Counted from the first letter of the stretch, positions 12,602 through 24,240 are shown. The stretch is DNA of 64,000 nucleotides from Eledone cirrhosa (GCA_964016885.1 OZ024745.1:31558001-31622000), one strand, 5' to 3'. Notes: generated from the sequence alone by a model not told the origin. Translations and numbers: made by a program.

Positions 12602-12782
12602 ATAATTGTTTCTACTTTAGGCACAAGGCCAACAATTACCCAGTGCATTACTGGTACTTTATTTTATCGACCCCATAAGGATGAAAGGCAAAGTCAACCT
12701 CGGCGGCATTTGAACTCAGATCGTAAAGGGACGTAACTATGCTGGAAAGCATGGCGTCCGACCCTCTACCGATACTGCCAAT
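12602..12782 (-). mobile_element. tRNA-derived SINE, young short variant
   Basis: Near-identical to copies at 23850, 24048, 45277 and 58440; A-box tggcagtatcggtaga and B-box gagttcaaat. Confidence 0.92.
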
Positions 12783-13313
12783 GATGATAATGTTGATGGT
12801 AGTGATGATGATGATAATGCTGTGGGCGAACGAGGATGATGATGAGTCTTACAAAAAGAAGAGGAAGGAGAAGAGGAGATAATAGGAATAGATCTAGAAA
12901 CCCAGAAGCTGAAAGTTCTTAGGGGTTTTATGGAACTGCTCATACGGAACTCCAGATTTTCTGATTCAAATGGAGAATGACAACTAAATTTAGAAAACAT
13001 TTTTCAATTGATAATTTGCTAAATGAAGAATGACATTTGTAAAAAATCTACCAGTAAATATTTCACAAATGACAAAATGTTGCTACTTTATAGCTGTTGG
13101 TTTATAAATAAATGTCACTAAGTAGGCATTATAATACACACTCATACATACACTCATATATGTACCACACACATATATATACCACACACATATGTACAAT
13201 ATATATATATATATATATTTATCTATCTAATCTCTCTTTACGGCTGAATTGTCGATTTGAGAATGTAAGCAAACCACTTTTTTTTCTGTCTTTCCATTTT
13301 TCGTAGTCCATTT

Positions 13314-13669
13314 TGAAGCGAAGCAAAGTTAGTAGTTATCGTTAGAAGAAATAACACGAATAGCTAGTTTACTTTTAATATGAAATTTACTCCACTTCAG
13401 TAAAAAAAGAACAACAAATAAGTTACCACGAGTCGCAAAGGTTGACAATGTTATTTTGTTGTTGATGTGAAAACAGCGAGTGACTAGACAATGTTTGTTG
13501 GTGGTTACAGTCAGTGGTAGTAGTCCTCGTGGTGATTGAACCTCCTCTCTCTTGGTACCGGCTATTTATATCGCCAGCTTCCTGTCTCCTGCCTCGAGAG
13601 ATTGCCCACGCATCAACTTGTTTACGCCAAAAGGGTGGTGACCTAGAATTTGACCTTTAGGTGTTACCC
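13314..13669 (-). repeat. 3' LTR, missing its first about 31 nt
   Basis: Near-identical to 18405-18761. Confidence 0.92.
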
Positions 13670-14053
13670 GCCTAGATCGATGCGGGAGCAGCGATCGATA
13701 ATCGAAAAGTTAGCGAAAGAGAAAGAGAAAAAACAAAACAAAAAAAAATATATATATACATAACAAGGCACCATTCCTTGTTCAGCCTGGAAATAAAACG
13801 AAAATGAACTTAAGAAAACAAAATAATAATAAATATATATATAAGACAAAAAGAGAGGAGAAAAGCAGGATAAATTCACCATTATACACACGCTTGGCAC
13901 ATATATATATACATATACATATATACATATATATATATACACAGTCAGAGCAAGCACGTGGGTGTATAGACACACATATTCGAGACAGGTTGTTGGCCAA
14001 GGAATAAAAAAAAGAAGTTTATATTAGTTCAACTCTGTTTCTCTCCTTCCACA

Positions 14054-14212
14054 CAGGGCCGACTTAACAACATTATAGGCCCCTGGGCAAAGCAGAGCAC
14101 TGGGGCCCCTATCTAGACAGCCACTCACAGAAATAAAAATATAAATGGGCTCCCTATCCTCGTGGGGCCCCCGGGCAACTGCCCAGCGTGCCCATGCGTT
14201 AAGACGGCCCTG
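14054..14212. mobile_element. hAT MITE inside the Gypsy 3' UTR
   Basis: TIRs cagggccgacttaa / ttaagacggccctg and a perfect 8-bp TSD cttccaca (14046-14053, 14213-14220). Confidence 0.93.
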
Positions 14213-14399
14213 CTTCCACACTAGTTGTTGTTCATGTCCATAAAGTCTCCATCACAACTTAATTTTTTTTTAATCTCCAGATATAGATTTAAAAAAAAAA
14301 AATTTTAACTGTTACATTTTTTTGTTATATTTTCCTTATAAGGTAAGACAAGTAAATAATTAAATGAAAATGAACAAATTATAGATGAGATGAGGAATG

Positions 14400-17300
14400 T
14401 TACTTGCCATATTGAGCATAGCGAGCTGGCCTGTACACACGTCGGCCGGATCTAGTGCTTGTTGTTGGCATAGAGTTCGGATTGCCGGTGGATGGGAGCA
14501 CTGGTGTTGGGTTAACTTGATCTGATGATGAAGGTTCATCCAAATCCACATGAGCTTTTTTTTAACCGGTCAATACTGACAGCATCCCTCCTTCCATTAA
14601 TGTCCAAAATGAAATGTTTGGGTGTCCTTTTGAGTACTTGGTAGGGCCCCGAGTATGGCGGTTGCAAAGGAGCCCTGATAGTGTCCCTTCTGACAAAAAC
14701 GTATGTCCATTGCTGTAGGTCGGATGGAACTTGCGTAGTGATGCTTTGAGGGCGCGGGGCAACCGATGGCAGGTTTGCCATGTAGGTTCATTGGATCTGC
14801 GGAGTATTTAGACTCAGGGGCAATCATTTTCCCCGGGTAATACCAATGTCATGCCATAAACCAGCTCAGCCAGCGAAAAACCAAATCCTTTTACGGTGGA
14901 GAGAATTCCAAGAAGGATGAGTGGGTAAGATCTCCAACCAGTTGCTGTTGTTGACATAGGCTCAAAGAGCCGATTTTAATTGCCGATGGAAACGTTCCGC
15001 CATACCATTAGCTGCAGGGTGATAGGCTGTTGTAGACTACAACCTAGGAGACATGTCAATTCTTGAAAAATGTTTGATTCGAACTGGCCGCCTCTGTCCG
15101 TTGTTATGGTAGAAAGTGTGCCATAACGTGAAATCCAATGCTGTACTAGCGCCTTGGCAATAAATTCGGTTGTGGTGTCGGAAAGAGGAATGGCCTCAGG
15201 CCACCGGTAGAATCTGTCCACACAGGTCAAAAGGTGCGTGCAACCCTGAGAAGAAAGCAGTGGTCCGACGATATCGATGTGTACGTGTTGGAAATGTGCA
15301 TGCGGTGTTGCGAAGGATCTCAGAGGAGTTCTGACATGATGGTGAATCTTCGCCTTCTGACACTGGACGCAACGTCTGGCCCATTCCCTGACATCCTTGT
15401 TCACACCAACCCATACAAACCGGGCTGTTAATAACTTCAGGGTAGAGTTGGCACCAGGATGCGATAGGTTGTGCAGCGCAGAAAAACCGAACGTCGATGC
15501 TGTAGGGGCATATAAGGGCGCGCGTGACCCGTAGACACATCACACCAGATACCACCAGAAAAAAGGGTAGAGGGAGGAGTTTGAAAGACAAGGAAGAAGA
15601 AGATGGAGAATTTCGGTGTTTGAGGAGCTCCCCACCTGTTTGTTGAGCGGCGGCGATGTCTCGGAGGCTGATGGAAAAAGAGGTGTGCAGTGCACAAGTG
15701 TGCGTGAGAAAAGGCGTCGGCTGCCGAGTTGTCTGAACCTTTAATGTGGCGAATATCCGTAGTATGCTGAGATATAAAATCCAGGTGGTGAATGGCAGTC
15801 AGGCTTGGAATACAGAGCGTACGTGAGATATTTATGGTCCGTGTAAATAGAAAACACCGAACCTTCTAACATGTGCCGGAAATGTCTCACACTGAGGTAC
15901 GCTGCCAAAAGTTCCCGACCGAATGTGCCGTTTGAGTTGCCTAGAGAAGAAAGAAATTGGTTGCCACGCATCGTCTACGCATTGTTGGAGGACGCCACCG
16001 ACCCCGACATCCAATACATCGACGAACAGACCAAGCGGTGCGTCCGGTTTGGGATGAACCAACATTGTGGCCTCTGCTAAGGCCCGCTTTACTCTCAGAA
16101 AGGCGGCCGTTTGTGCGTCATCGAAAGTGATAAGCTAGTTCTTTTGTTTGCACTGCCGTAGGATGTCTGTTAGTGGCTGGAGTGACTCTGCACAGCGAGG
16201 AATGAACCGGCGATAAAAATTTATGAGGCCAAGGAACTCACGTACTTTCCTCAGTGCCGTAGGAGTGGGAAACTCCAAAATTGACTTATCGTGGAGGGGG
16301 CGGATTCCTCGTTTGTTGATGTGGTGTCCCAGAAACTCAAGGGAAAAAACACCGAAAAGGCATTTGCTGGGGTTGATGATGACACCAAACTGAGAAAAAC
16401 GCCCGAAAAGCAGTTGTATGTGCCTTTCGTGTTCCTCATGGAATGTGCTGGCTACCAGCATATCGTCAATATACGCATAGACACAGGGTAAACCACGTAC
16501 TACTATGTCGATGAAACGCTGGGAGGTTGATGCAGCATTGCGTAAACCAAATGGCATTCTAAGAAACTCTAAGAGGCCGAAAGGAGTTGTAATGGCCGTT
16601 TTCGGAATGTCGTCAGGTTCAATAGGAATCTGGTTGTACGCCCGTACGAGGTTGATATTTGAAAAGACCCAAGCTTCGTGTAGGGTAGCAGAGAAATCTT
16701 GTATGTGAAGCACCAGATACTTATCGGGTTTTGTTCGTGTGTTAAGAAACCAACAGTCTCCACACGGTCGCCAGTCACCCACAGATTTCTTGGGAACCAT
16801 GTGAAGGGGGGAAGACCAACTGCTACTGGATGGAGGAACAATGCCCAGTTCCAGCTTATGATCGAACTCTGCTTTAGCGATCTTAGCGCAGTCAGGAGTG
16901 AGTCGTCATGGTTTAGAAGATACCGGAGGGCCCTCAGTCACGGTATGATGCATAACACTGTCGTTCACCGACAGACTGTTAAAAATCGGGCGCGAGACGT
17001 CAGGGTGCCTGCATAGGATAGCGTCGTATCTGCTGGACTGCACTGGGTTAAAAACACTGGGATGAGGGAGGGTGCCTTAGTGCTGATACCGCGAACATTG
17101 GAGCCCGTGGTGGAATCAATCAGTCTGTTGTGTTTAACGTCCACCAGGAGACCGAAATGGTGTAAGAAATCCACTCCTAGGATTGGAGTCAGCAACTTGG
17201 TGATGACAAAAACCCACTGTAAAACTCGGTGGAGCTCAAGATCAAGGGTTAAGGACTTTTCTCCACATGTGGGTATAGCAGAATGGTTCACTGCCTTGAG

Positions 17301-17455
17301 AAGGATTGTTGTGGGTTCCTTACTGCCTGGCACAAGGGATGTGGTATAATGATAACCTCAGCTCCGGTGCCCACCAGAAAACGAACACCGGTTGATCGGT
17401 CGCTAATGTGGAACAAGCGGCTAGGTTTGGAAGAACCAGGTGTAGTTGCCGCTGT
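14400..17455 (-). pseudogene. pol: Gypsy pol (protease, RT, RNase H, integrase), frameshifted
   Basis: FLVGTGAEV (protease D mutated to G), [39 protein letters not shown] zinc motif, HIDIVGPL, TTDRGGQF, PPYSGPY. Confidence 0.93.
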
Positions 17456-18334
17456 TACTGCCTGGCCACGTCGTTTCCCGGCACATAACGGAAACCCCTC
17501 CTAAAAGAACAGAGAAATAGGTATTTACGGGCCCTTTCACTGAATTTACGGTGGTAATAGCACATGGGATTGGACGCCCGGGTACGACTCGGGTCTCGCG
17601 GGCGTTGATGGGAAGCGCATCGAGTTGAGCTGGCGTTGCTGCATGGTTGTAGCTGCAGTTTAACCATAAGAGCGTTCAGTTGCTTGGCCTGTTCTTCCAC
17701 CCGAGCCTTGAACACCGCCACCTCCGAAACAAGACGAGGAAGGAGAAGAATTAGAAAATGAGGAAGAAAAAGAGCTTACTGTGGGATGTGTGTATGTGTC
17801 CCCTGTGTCATGAGTGACAATGGTGCTGCCACCTCCATGATCCTATCGGTTGAATCCGCCAGCTCCTCAATTGCAGTGGATAATTCACTGGCCGCCAAAA
17901 TACTGCGAGTAGCTGGTGGCAGCCTTTGTAAGAACAGCTGTTTTACGATGGCTGGTTCCATGGCGTTTGCTCCCAATAGTTGCTTTAGGCGTCTTAGGAA
18001 CTGTGACGGTTTCTTGTAGCCTAACTCCTCTGAATAAAGCAGCTGATTAATCCGTTGCTGCTGCGAGACGGATGTCCGCTTTATAAGCTCGGACCTAAAT
18101 GTGGCATAAGAATATGTGCTGGTGGTGCTGTAAGCAAATCCTGGATCTGCTGCAGGCTCTCAGGAGGAAGCGCCCCAACAACATGGGGCATTTTGGTCCT
18201 GTTTGCTGAAATATGGTGCGTCACAAATTGGGCCTCGATGAATCTGAACAAATGGTAGGATCATGAGGCCAGAATGTCGGTATCCGCAGGGATATTGCCG
18301 CTTGTACGGACGATGATGCTGGTGATTGTTCCAT
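17455..18334 (-). pseudogene. gag: Gypsy gag, frameshifted
   Basis: RIPTFWPHDP N-terminal motif, LFLQRLP, LADSTDRIMEV, and a CYYHRKF...C CHCC-type nucleocapsid motif. Confidence 0.85.
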
Positions 18335-18390
18335 ATTGTTGCGTGATTATCGTTGGTAATTATAGATGGCTCAGAAAACTGTGTTCTAAT

Positions 18391-18402
18391 GTCGGGTCAC
18401 CA
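18391..18402 (-). promoter_or_regulatory. primer-binding site, tRNA-Trp-like
   Basis: TGGTGACCCGAC 2 nt inside the 5' LTR, close to the tRNA-Trp PBS TGGTGACCCCGAC. Confidence 0.8.
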
Positions 18403-18404
18403 AT

Positions 18405-18792
18405 TGAAGCGAAGCAAAGTTAGTAGTTATCGTTAGAAGAAATAACACGAATAGCTGGTTTACTTTTGATGTAAAATTTACTCCATTTCAGTAAAAAAGA
18501 ACAACAAATAAGTTACCACGAGTCGCAAAGGTTGACAATGTTATTTTGTTGTTGATGTGAAAACAGCGAGTGACCAGACAATGTTTGTTGGTGGTTACAG
18601 TCAGTGGTAGTAGTCCTCGTGGTGATTGAACCTCCTCTCTCTTGGTACCGGCTATTTATATCGCCAGCTTCCTCTGTCTCCTGCCTCGAGAGATTGCCCA
18701 CGCATCAACTTGTTTACGCCAAAAGGGGGGTGACCTAGAATTTGACCTTTAGATGTCACCCAGGGCGCGAGGTGTGGACATATTTCGCTACA
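18405..18792 (-). repeat. 5' LTR (388 bp)
   Basis: Reads TGTAGCGAA...CGCTTCA on the minus strand, with short inverted termini. Confidence 0.93.
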
Positions 18793-19340
18793 ATTTGACC
18801 AGTGTCATTTAATCTGTTATTTATGTCCGTTTAGAATCTAATCTCTCTATTTCTCTCGAATTTTCAATTAATATTTCACATGTTTTTAATAATATGCATT
18901 ATTCTGTTGGACCCTTCCTAAAAACTTACCTTATCCTAAAGTTACCCCATTGTTATTATTATTATTTCTAGAATCTTCCTCTCCTCGTTCCCTATTCATT
19001 GTCTATAGCTTGCACCTTCTCACGTCCCCCTGTCTTCTCGCCGCAAATATAAAAATAAACCTTGTAGGGTTCTAAGACAATTCGGCCGTAAAGAGAGATT
19101 AGATAGATAAATTCTCGTAAAGAGAGAATGACAACTAAATTTAAAAAACATTTTTCAATTGATAATTTGCTAAATGAAGAATGACATTTGTAAAAAATCT
19201 ACCAGTAAATATTTCATAAATGACAAAATGTTGCTACTTTATAGCTGTTGGTTTATAAATAAATGTCACTAAGTAGGCATTATAATACACACACATATGT
19301 ACCACACACATATATATATATACACACACATATGTACAAT

Positions 19341-20225
19341 AAGTGGTCCTTCATCAGTGATCTTCCAACCATCATCGGCATTTCTTCGCTTTAAAGACCA
19401 TATACCTCCGGTTGGTGCGAGCAACGGCTAAAGAAAGTCGTTGGGACATGTAAATAAAGGGAACAGCGAGAGTGTAAACAAACAAAGATGGTGAAGCAAC
19501 GAAAAATGAGGAAGAGCGAGTCAAGTCCAAACATTTCTATGAATATAAGTTCGGTGAAATCGTGAACGAGAGAGAATAAAGACCATCAAACCTGGTTGAA
19601 ATGTGAGCAAGGAAGGAATTTCGCACGGGTCTAACTGGAGGAAGAAGGGGTCTAGTCTGTGAATTCGGTAAACATAAGTTCTGTGAAATCGTAGACGAGA
19701 GAAAGAAAAAATGCCGACCGGCCTGGCCAAGCGTGCGAAAGAAAAGAATTACGCACAGGTCAAACGGGAAGAAGAAGGAGGAGGAGAGGTAGTAACAGAG
19801 AGTGAGTGAGTGAAGGGTGAGGAAGAGGCTAACAGAGAGAGTGACTGTTAGAGAGGGTACAGATACAGAGAAAGAGGAAGCAGTAATAACAAAATAGACG
19901 GGTCACAGCGGGGGAAAAAATATGTGTAAATATGAGAATAAACGTGCTGCGGAGTTGCAAATGGGTTACATATGAATAAAGTGGTCCTTCATCAGTGATC
20001 TTCCAACCATCATCAGCATTTCTTCGCTTTAAAGACCATTTGTTTGTTTACACTCTCGCTGTTCCCTTTATTTACATGTCCCAACGACTTTCTTTAGCCG
20101 TTGCTCGCACCAACCGGAGGTATATGGTCTTTAAAGCGAAGAAATGCCGATGATGGTTGGAAGATCACTGATGAAGGACCACTTTATTCATATGTAACCC
20201 ATTTGCAACTCCGCAGCACGTTTAT

Positions 20226-20232
<7 letters not shown>
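19341..20232. mobile_element. rearranged Penelope-like pseudo-LTR fragments (direct plus inverted copies) ending at (TA)n
   Basis: 19341-19400 recurs at 19979-20038; 20039-20232 is the reverse complement of 19341-19486 plus 19930-19980; contains CTGATGA. Confidence 0.6.
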
Positions 20233-20269
<37 letters not shown>

Positions 20270-20345
20270 GAGGGCTCGATAAGGATAAATATATATAAAA
20301 TATATAAGAACCGTAGAGCAAATATTTATTAAAATAACAGATTTA

Positions 20346-20396
20346 AGTTTAAGCAAAGAATCGCTGCTTTCACCCTTAACGGGGTCTTCTGAAACT
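20346..20396 (-). ncRNA. hammerhead-ribozyme-like fold in the Penelope pLTR (variant core)
   Basis: AGUUU-CAGAAGA-cccc guuaa gggu-GAAA-gca..ugc-UU-AAACU; second copy at 23310-23360 (+). Confidence 0.45.
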
Positions 20397-21337
20397 AACA
20401 AAGTCAATCTGTAAACGCAGAAGTGGATATTTCAAAAAACGTTGCAACCGGAGGAAGACAGGAAGACGATACTTTGGTTCGTGGAAACGTTCCCTGGCAA
20501 AGAACGGGAAAAAACGAATATAATACGTCATTAATAGGAGCGGTGAAAAACAATTACACGCAAAGACAGAACCACGTTTATGGTATAAAAGAAGTCGTAG
20601 ACTAATGTTCTCTTAAGTGGTTCATAGAGACGTTCTCTGGCAATGAACGGAAAAAACGAAGATAATACGTCATATGTGGAACGTGGAGAACAATTGCACG
20701 CAAAGACAAAACCACTTAAATGGTATAGCTGAAGTCGTAGACTAAAATTCTAACTAGGAAACCGAATGAATCTCCGCTTCAGAGTTAAGAATAAAGTAAA
20801 TAAAATACAATACAGAGGTAATAGAAAATAAATAAATACATACACGCATGCAAATACGTACATACACAAGCATACGCGAAAACACTTGCCATAGGTATAC
20901 AAAACCACGCACAATATAAATATGTGTGTGTGTGTGTGCGTGTATACAAGTAAATAAATAATTAAATAAACGTATATAAATAAATAAATACGTATATAAC
21001 AAGCGCACACACATACCTACATGTAAATACACAAATGTTCGGAGACGACGTCAACCAAAGCATGAAGTACACAATACACACACCCTACATACGTACGAAC
21101 CTGCATACTCACACAGACGCAAAACTCCCGTATACGCATAACCAAACCAGATGTACCCGAATATATAAAAAATTATACGCCATAACATATACAATCAAAT
21201 ATACATACGAGAAAGTATACGTACCTTCACAAAACATACAGGTAATATATACTTACCTCTGCAAATAAGTAATGGTATAAACATAACATATACTTAGCTA
21301 CCACATCAAGACGTAAAATATCCACGTATAGATCGTA

Positions 21338-22921
21338 CTATCCGTTAGGGTATAACGTGGGGCTGTAATACAGGAAAGTTTTGTACAATTTATGTTTACA
21401 AGCCGAAATTGCCTCAGATTTTTTGTTTAAGATGTGGTCTGTGGCGTAGAGTATTTCCAGGGCCTCAGCGGCGCAGAGGTCACATGGTCTTTTATTACCG
21501 TTATACGATCTAGCCCTAGCTAGGATCTCCCAGTGTAACTTATATTGGGTGTGGTTGTCTTTTAGACTCCAGATATAAGCTGAAAGTGACGTCATATTCC
21601 TTCTTAGAGGGTAACGAAAAGAATGGGTATGCATGTAAAGACGCTGCTTGAATCTATTGGCGGTTAACCGTATGTAGGCCCTACGGGACGTGGGTGTTTC
21701 AACCTTACATTTGTAGACAATGTTACTAGAGAGGCATTTCCCGGATAGGGGGCAATCAACCCGATTCCTACAATTACAGTTAGTACTAACTACAGGGTTG
21801 CACGTGTTCCTACGGCTAGGTAGTTTAGCTAAATTTGAAGCTGTGATGTTATGTGCAAGGTTAGGAGTCGTAGAGTAAGAAATTTTAATAGTATTTCTAT
21901 TAAAAATTTTACTATATTTATGTGTAGGGGGAAAATGCTTCGTAATAAGGGAAAGAAAGATCTTAGCTAATGGTGGGGCCACCTCCATATTATATGGTGG
22001 GTTATACCAACAAATGCAACGGGATCTATTTCTTCTTGGTCTATTTTCGTACTCTGTATATGCTACCTTATCGATAAATCCACTCCGAGCAAGAGCTTCA
22101 TTGTAATAAGTGGAATGGTCGTTGAAAATATGCTCGTTAGTAGATAGACGGGAAAGCCTCAACGAAACGTTTCTTACCAGGTTCTTGGTTATGCTGGCAG
22201 GATGGTTGGAATGCTTACTTATGTAATTAAGCGTATCATTCGGCTTTCTATACGGGTAATACAACCCATTCGATAAATTGAGGGTAATGTCGAGGTAATT
22301 AACGACCGATAGATTGGCCTCAACCTGTATAGAGAGGTTGAAGCCTTTAAAGAAGGCTGTGAGTTCTTTTTTGAACCTGCCGAAAGCACGAGGTCCGCCC
22401 TTAGTCATGGTCAAAAGACCATCATCACGGTACAAACCACCGCTGGGGAATTCGTCCTTGATAGAGAAAAGAAGGAAAAGGCCGATAAGATCAGTAACCT
22501 CCGCAGAATCACTGGCGCCCATACTCACGTCGAATGGGGTACTATTGGATTTTTTAATCCAAATAGAGTCGTCGAAATTAATCACCGACTTACGGGCATT
22601 GAGGATGACACCAACTTCGAAATCCTTAGCCACTGCGAGTGTTTTAGCGAAATTGATAGCTCTAAGGAGAAGTGGTAAAGTGATGGAGGAGTAGTAATTG
22701 TTGATGTCGAATTGGATAAAACGGCAATGTTCCTTGTTGCATATGCCGTTGAACCAATCAATCACCGCGAAAGAATTGTTCCACAGTGTAAGAGGGGCCA
22801 AACTTCTAATTTCAGGTATAATTCTATCAAGAATCGTTTTACTAAGTCTACCCAAATCGGACATCGTAGGGTTAATAAGCCAAATAGAGGGGTTGTTCGG
22901 AAAATTGGATTTGACACACAC
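21338..22921 (-). CDS. Penelope-like RT + Cys linker + C-terminal GIY-YIG endonuclease (5'-truncated, 527 open codons)
   Basis: LINP..SDLG, IQFDINNYY, MGASDSAEV, LYRDDGL, YLDITL, PYRKPN, WYNPPY, CNCx5Cx5C, IVYKC...YIRLT...FKQR, CDLC. The listed start lies in the inverted pLTR junction and is not a real start codon. Confidence 0.9.
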   Translation of the reverse strand: MCVKSNFPNNPSIWLINPTMSDLGRLSKTILDRIIPEIRSLAPLTLWNNSFAVIDWFNGICNKEHCRFIQFDINNYYSSITLPLLLRAINFAKTLAVAKDFEVGVILNARKSVINFDDSIWIKKSNSTPFDVSMGASDSAEVTDLIGLFLLFSIKDEFPSGGLYRDDGLLTMTKGGPRAFGRFKKELTAFFKGFNLSIQVEANLSVVNYLDITLNLSNGLYYPYRKPNDTLNYISKHSNHPASITKNLVRNVSLRLSRLSTNEHIFNDHSTYYNEALARSGFIDKVAYTEYENRPRRNRSRCICWYNPPYNMEVAPPLAKIFLSLITKHFPPTHKYSKIFNRNTIKISYSTTPNLAHNITASNLAKLPSRRNTCNPVVSTNCNCRNRVDCPLSGKCLSSNIVYKCKVETPTSRRAYIRLTANRFKQRLYMHTHSFRYPLRRNMTSLSAYIWSLKDNHTQYKLHWEILARARSYNGNKRPCDLCAAEALEILYATDHILNKKSEAISACKHKLYKTFLYYSPTLYPNG

Positions 22922-23375
22922 ACATATTTATATGTGCGTGGTTTTGTATACCTATGGCAAGTGTTTTCGCGTATGCTTGTGTATGTACGTATTTGCATGT
23001 GTGTATGTATTTATTTATTTTCTATTACCTCTGTATTGTATTTTATTTACTTTATTCTTAACTCTGAAGCGGAGATTCATTCGGTTTCCTAGTTAGAATT
23101 TTAGTCTACGACTTCAGCTATACCATTTACGTGGTTTTGTCTTTGCGTGCAATTGTTCTCCACGCTCCACATATGACGTATTTTCTTCGTTTTTTCCGTT
23201 CATTGCCAGAGAACGTCTCTATGAACCACCTAAGAGAACATTAGTCTACGACTTCTTTTATACCATAAACGTGGTTCTGTCTTTGCGTGTAATTGTTTTT
23301 CACTTTGTTAGTTTCAGAAGATCCCGTTAAGGGTGAAAGCAGCGATTCTTTGCTTAAACTTTAATCTGTTATTTA

Positions 23376-23418
<43 letters not shown>

Positions 23419-23422
<4 letters not shown>

Positions 23423-23597
23423 AACGAGTAGGACCCCGACGGCTGAGCTCAAGCCGTTTCGACGGCTAATTCTGGACTGAAACGGCTTGAGCTCAGCCGT
23501 CGGGGTCCTACTCGTTCCTATTACCCACTCTACTACCCTAAGTATTGAGTACTTTGGTGCGTTATGGTCCACCTGGTTCCTTACCACATTTCCTTCG

Positions 23598-23600
<3 letters not shown>
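23419..23600. mobile_element. short (TA)n-flanked element with a 42-bp perfect inverted repeat
   Basis: Arms 23419-23460 and 23479-23520; related pieces at 45458-45567 and 63432-63520. Confidence 0.7.
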
Positions 23601-23670
<70 letters not shown>

Positions 23671-23849
23671 CTCTCTTTACGGCCGAATTGTCGATTTGAG
23701 AATGTAAGCAAACCACTTTTTTTCTTCTGTCTTTCCATTTTTCGTAGTCCATTTGACCAGTGTCATTTAATCTGTTATTTATATCCGTTTAGAATCTAAT
23801 CTCTCTTTTTCTCTCAGATTTTCAATTAATATTTCACATGTTTTTTTAA

Positions 23850-24240
23850 TAATTGTTTCTACTTTAGACACAAGGCCAGCAATTACCCAGTGCATTACTG
23901 GTACTTTATTTTATCGACTCCGTAAGGATGAAAGGCAAAGTCAACCTCGGCGGGATTTGAACCGAGATCGTAAAGGGAGGTAACTATGCTGGAAAGCATG
24001 GCGTCCGAGCCTCTACCGATGCTGCCAATCCACCGCCATTAAACAAAATAATTGTTTCTACTTTTGGCACAAGGCCAGCAATTATCCAGTACATTACTGG
24101 TACTTTATTTTATCGACCCCGTAAGGATGAAAGGCAAAGTTAACCTCGGCGGGATTTGAACTCAGACCGTAAAGGGACGTAACTATGCTGGAAAGCATGG
24201 CGTCCGACTCTCTACTGATACTGCCAATCCACCGCCATTT
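23850..24240 (-). mobile_element. two tandem tRNA-derived SINEs inserted in the second copy of the TIR element
   Basis: Full copies at about 23850-24038 and 24048-24238; host element resumes at about 24245 (compare 18885-18948). Confidence 0.92.

Larger units (their letters stand above)
13314..18792 (-). mobile_element. full-length decayed Ty3/Gypsy LTR retrotransposon, CsRn1-like
   Basis: TG...CA LTRs, 4-bp TSD ATTT confirmed by the empty site at about 23750, tRNA-Trp-like PBS, gag-PR-RT-RH-IN order. Confidence 0.95.
13218..19111. mobile_element. about 410-bp element with 36-bp terminal inverted repeats, split by the Gypsy insertion
   Basis: tttatctatctaatctctctttacggctgaattgtc (13218) versus gacaattcggccgtaaagagagattagatagataaa (ends 19111); a second copy lacking the Gypsy insertion starts at 23668. 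Class uncertain (MITE or PLE-type inverted end). Confidence 0.65.
20262..23380 (-). mobile_element. Penelope-like retroelement, 5'-truncated, with inverted pseudo-LTR, between (TA)n tracts
   Basis: About 20330-20925 is inverted at about 22915-23375; RT-GIY-YIG ORF in between; (TA)n on both sides. Confidence 0.92.
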
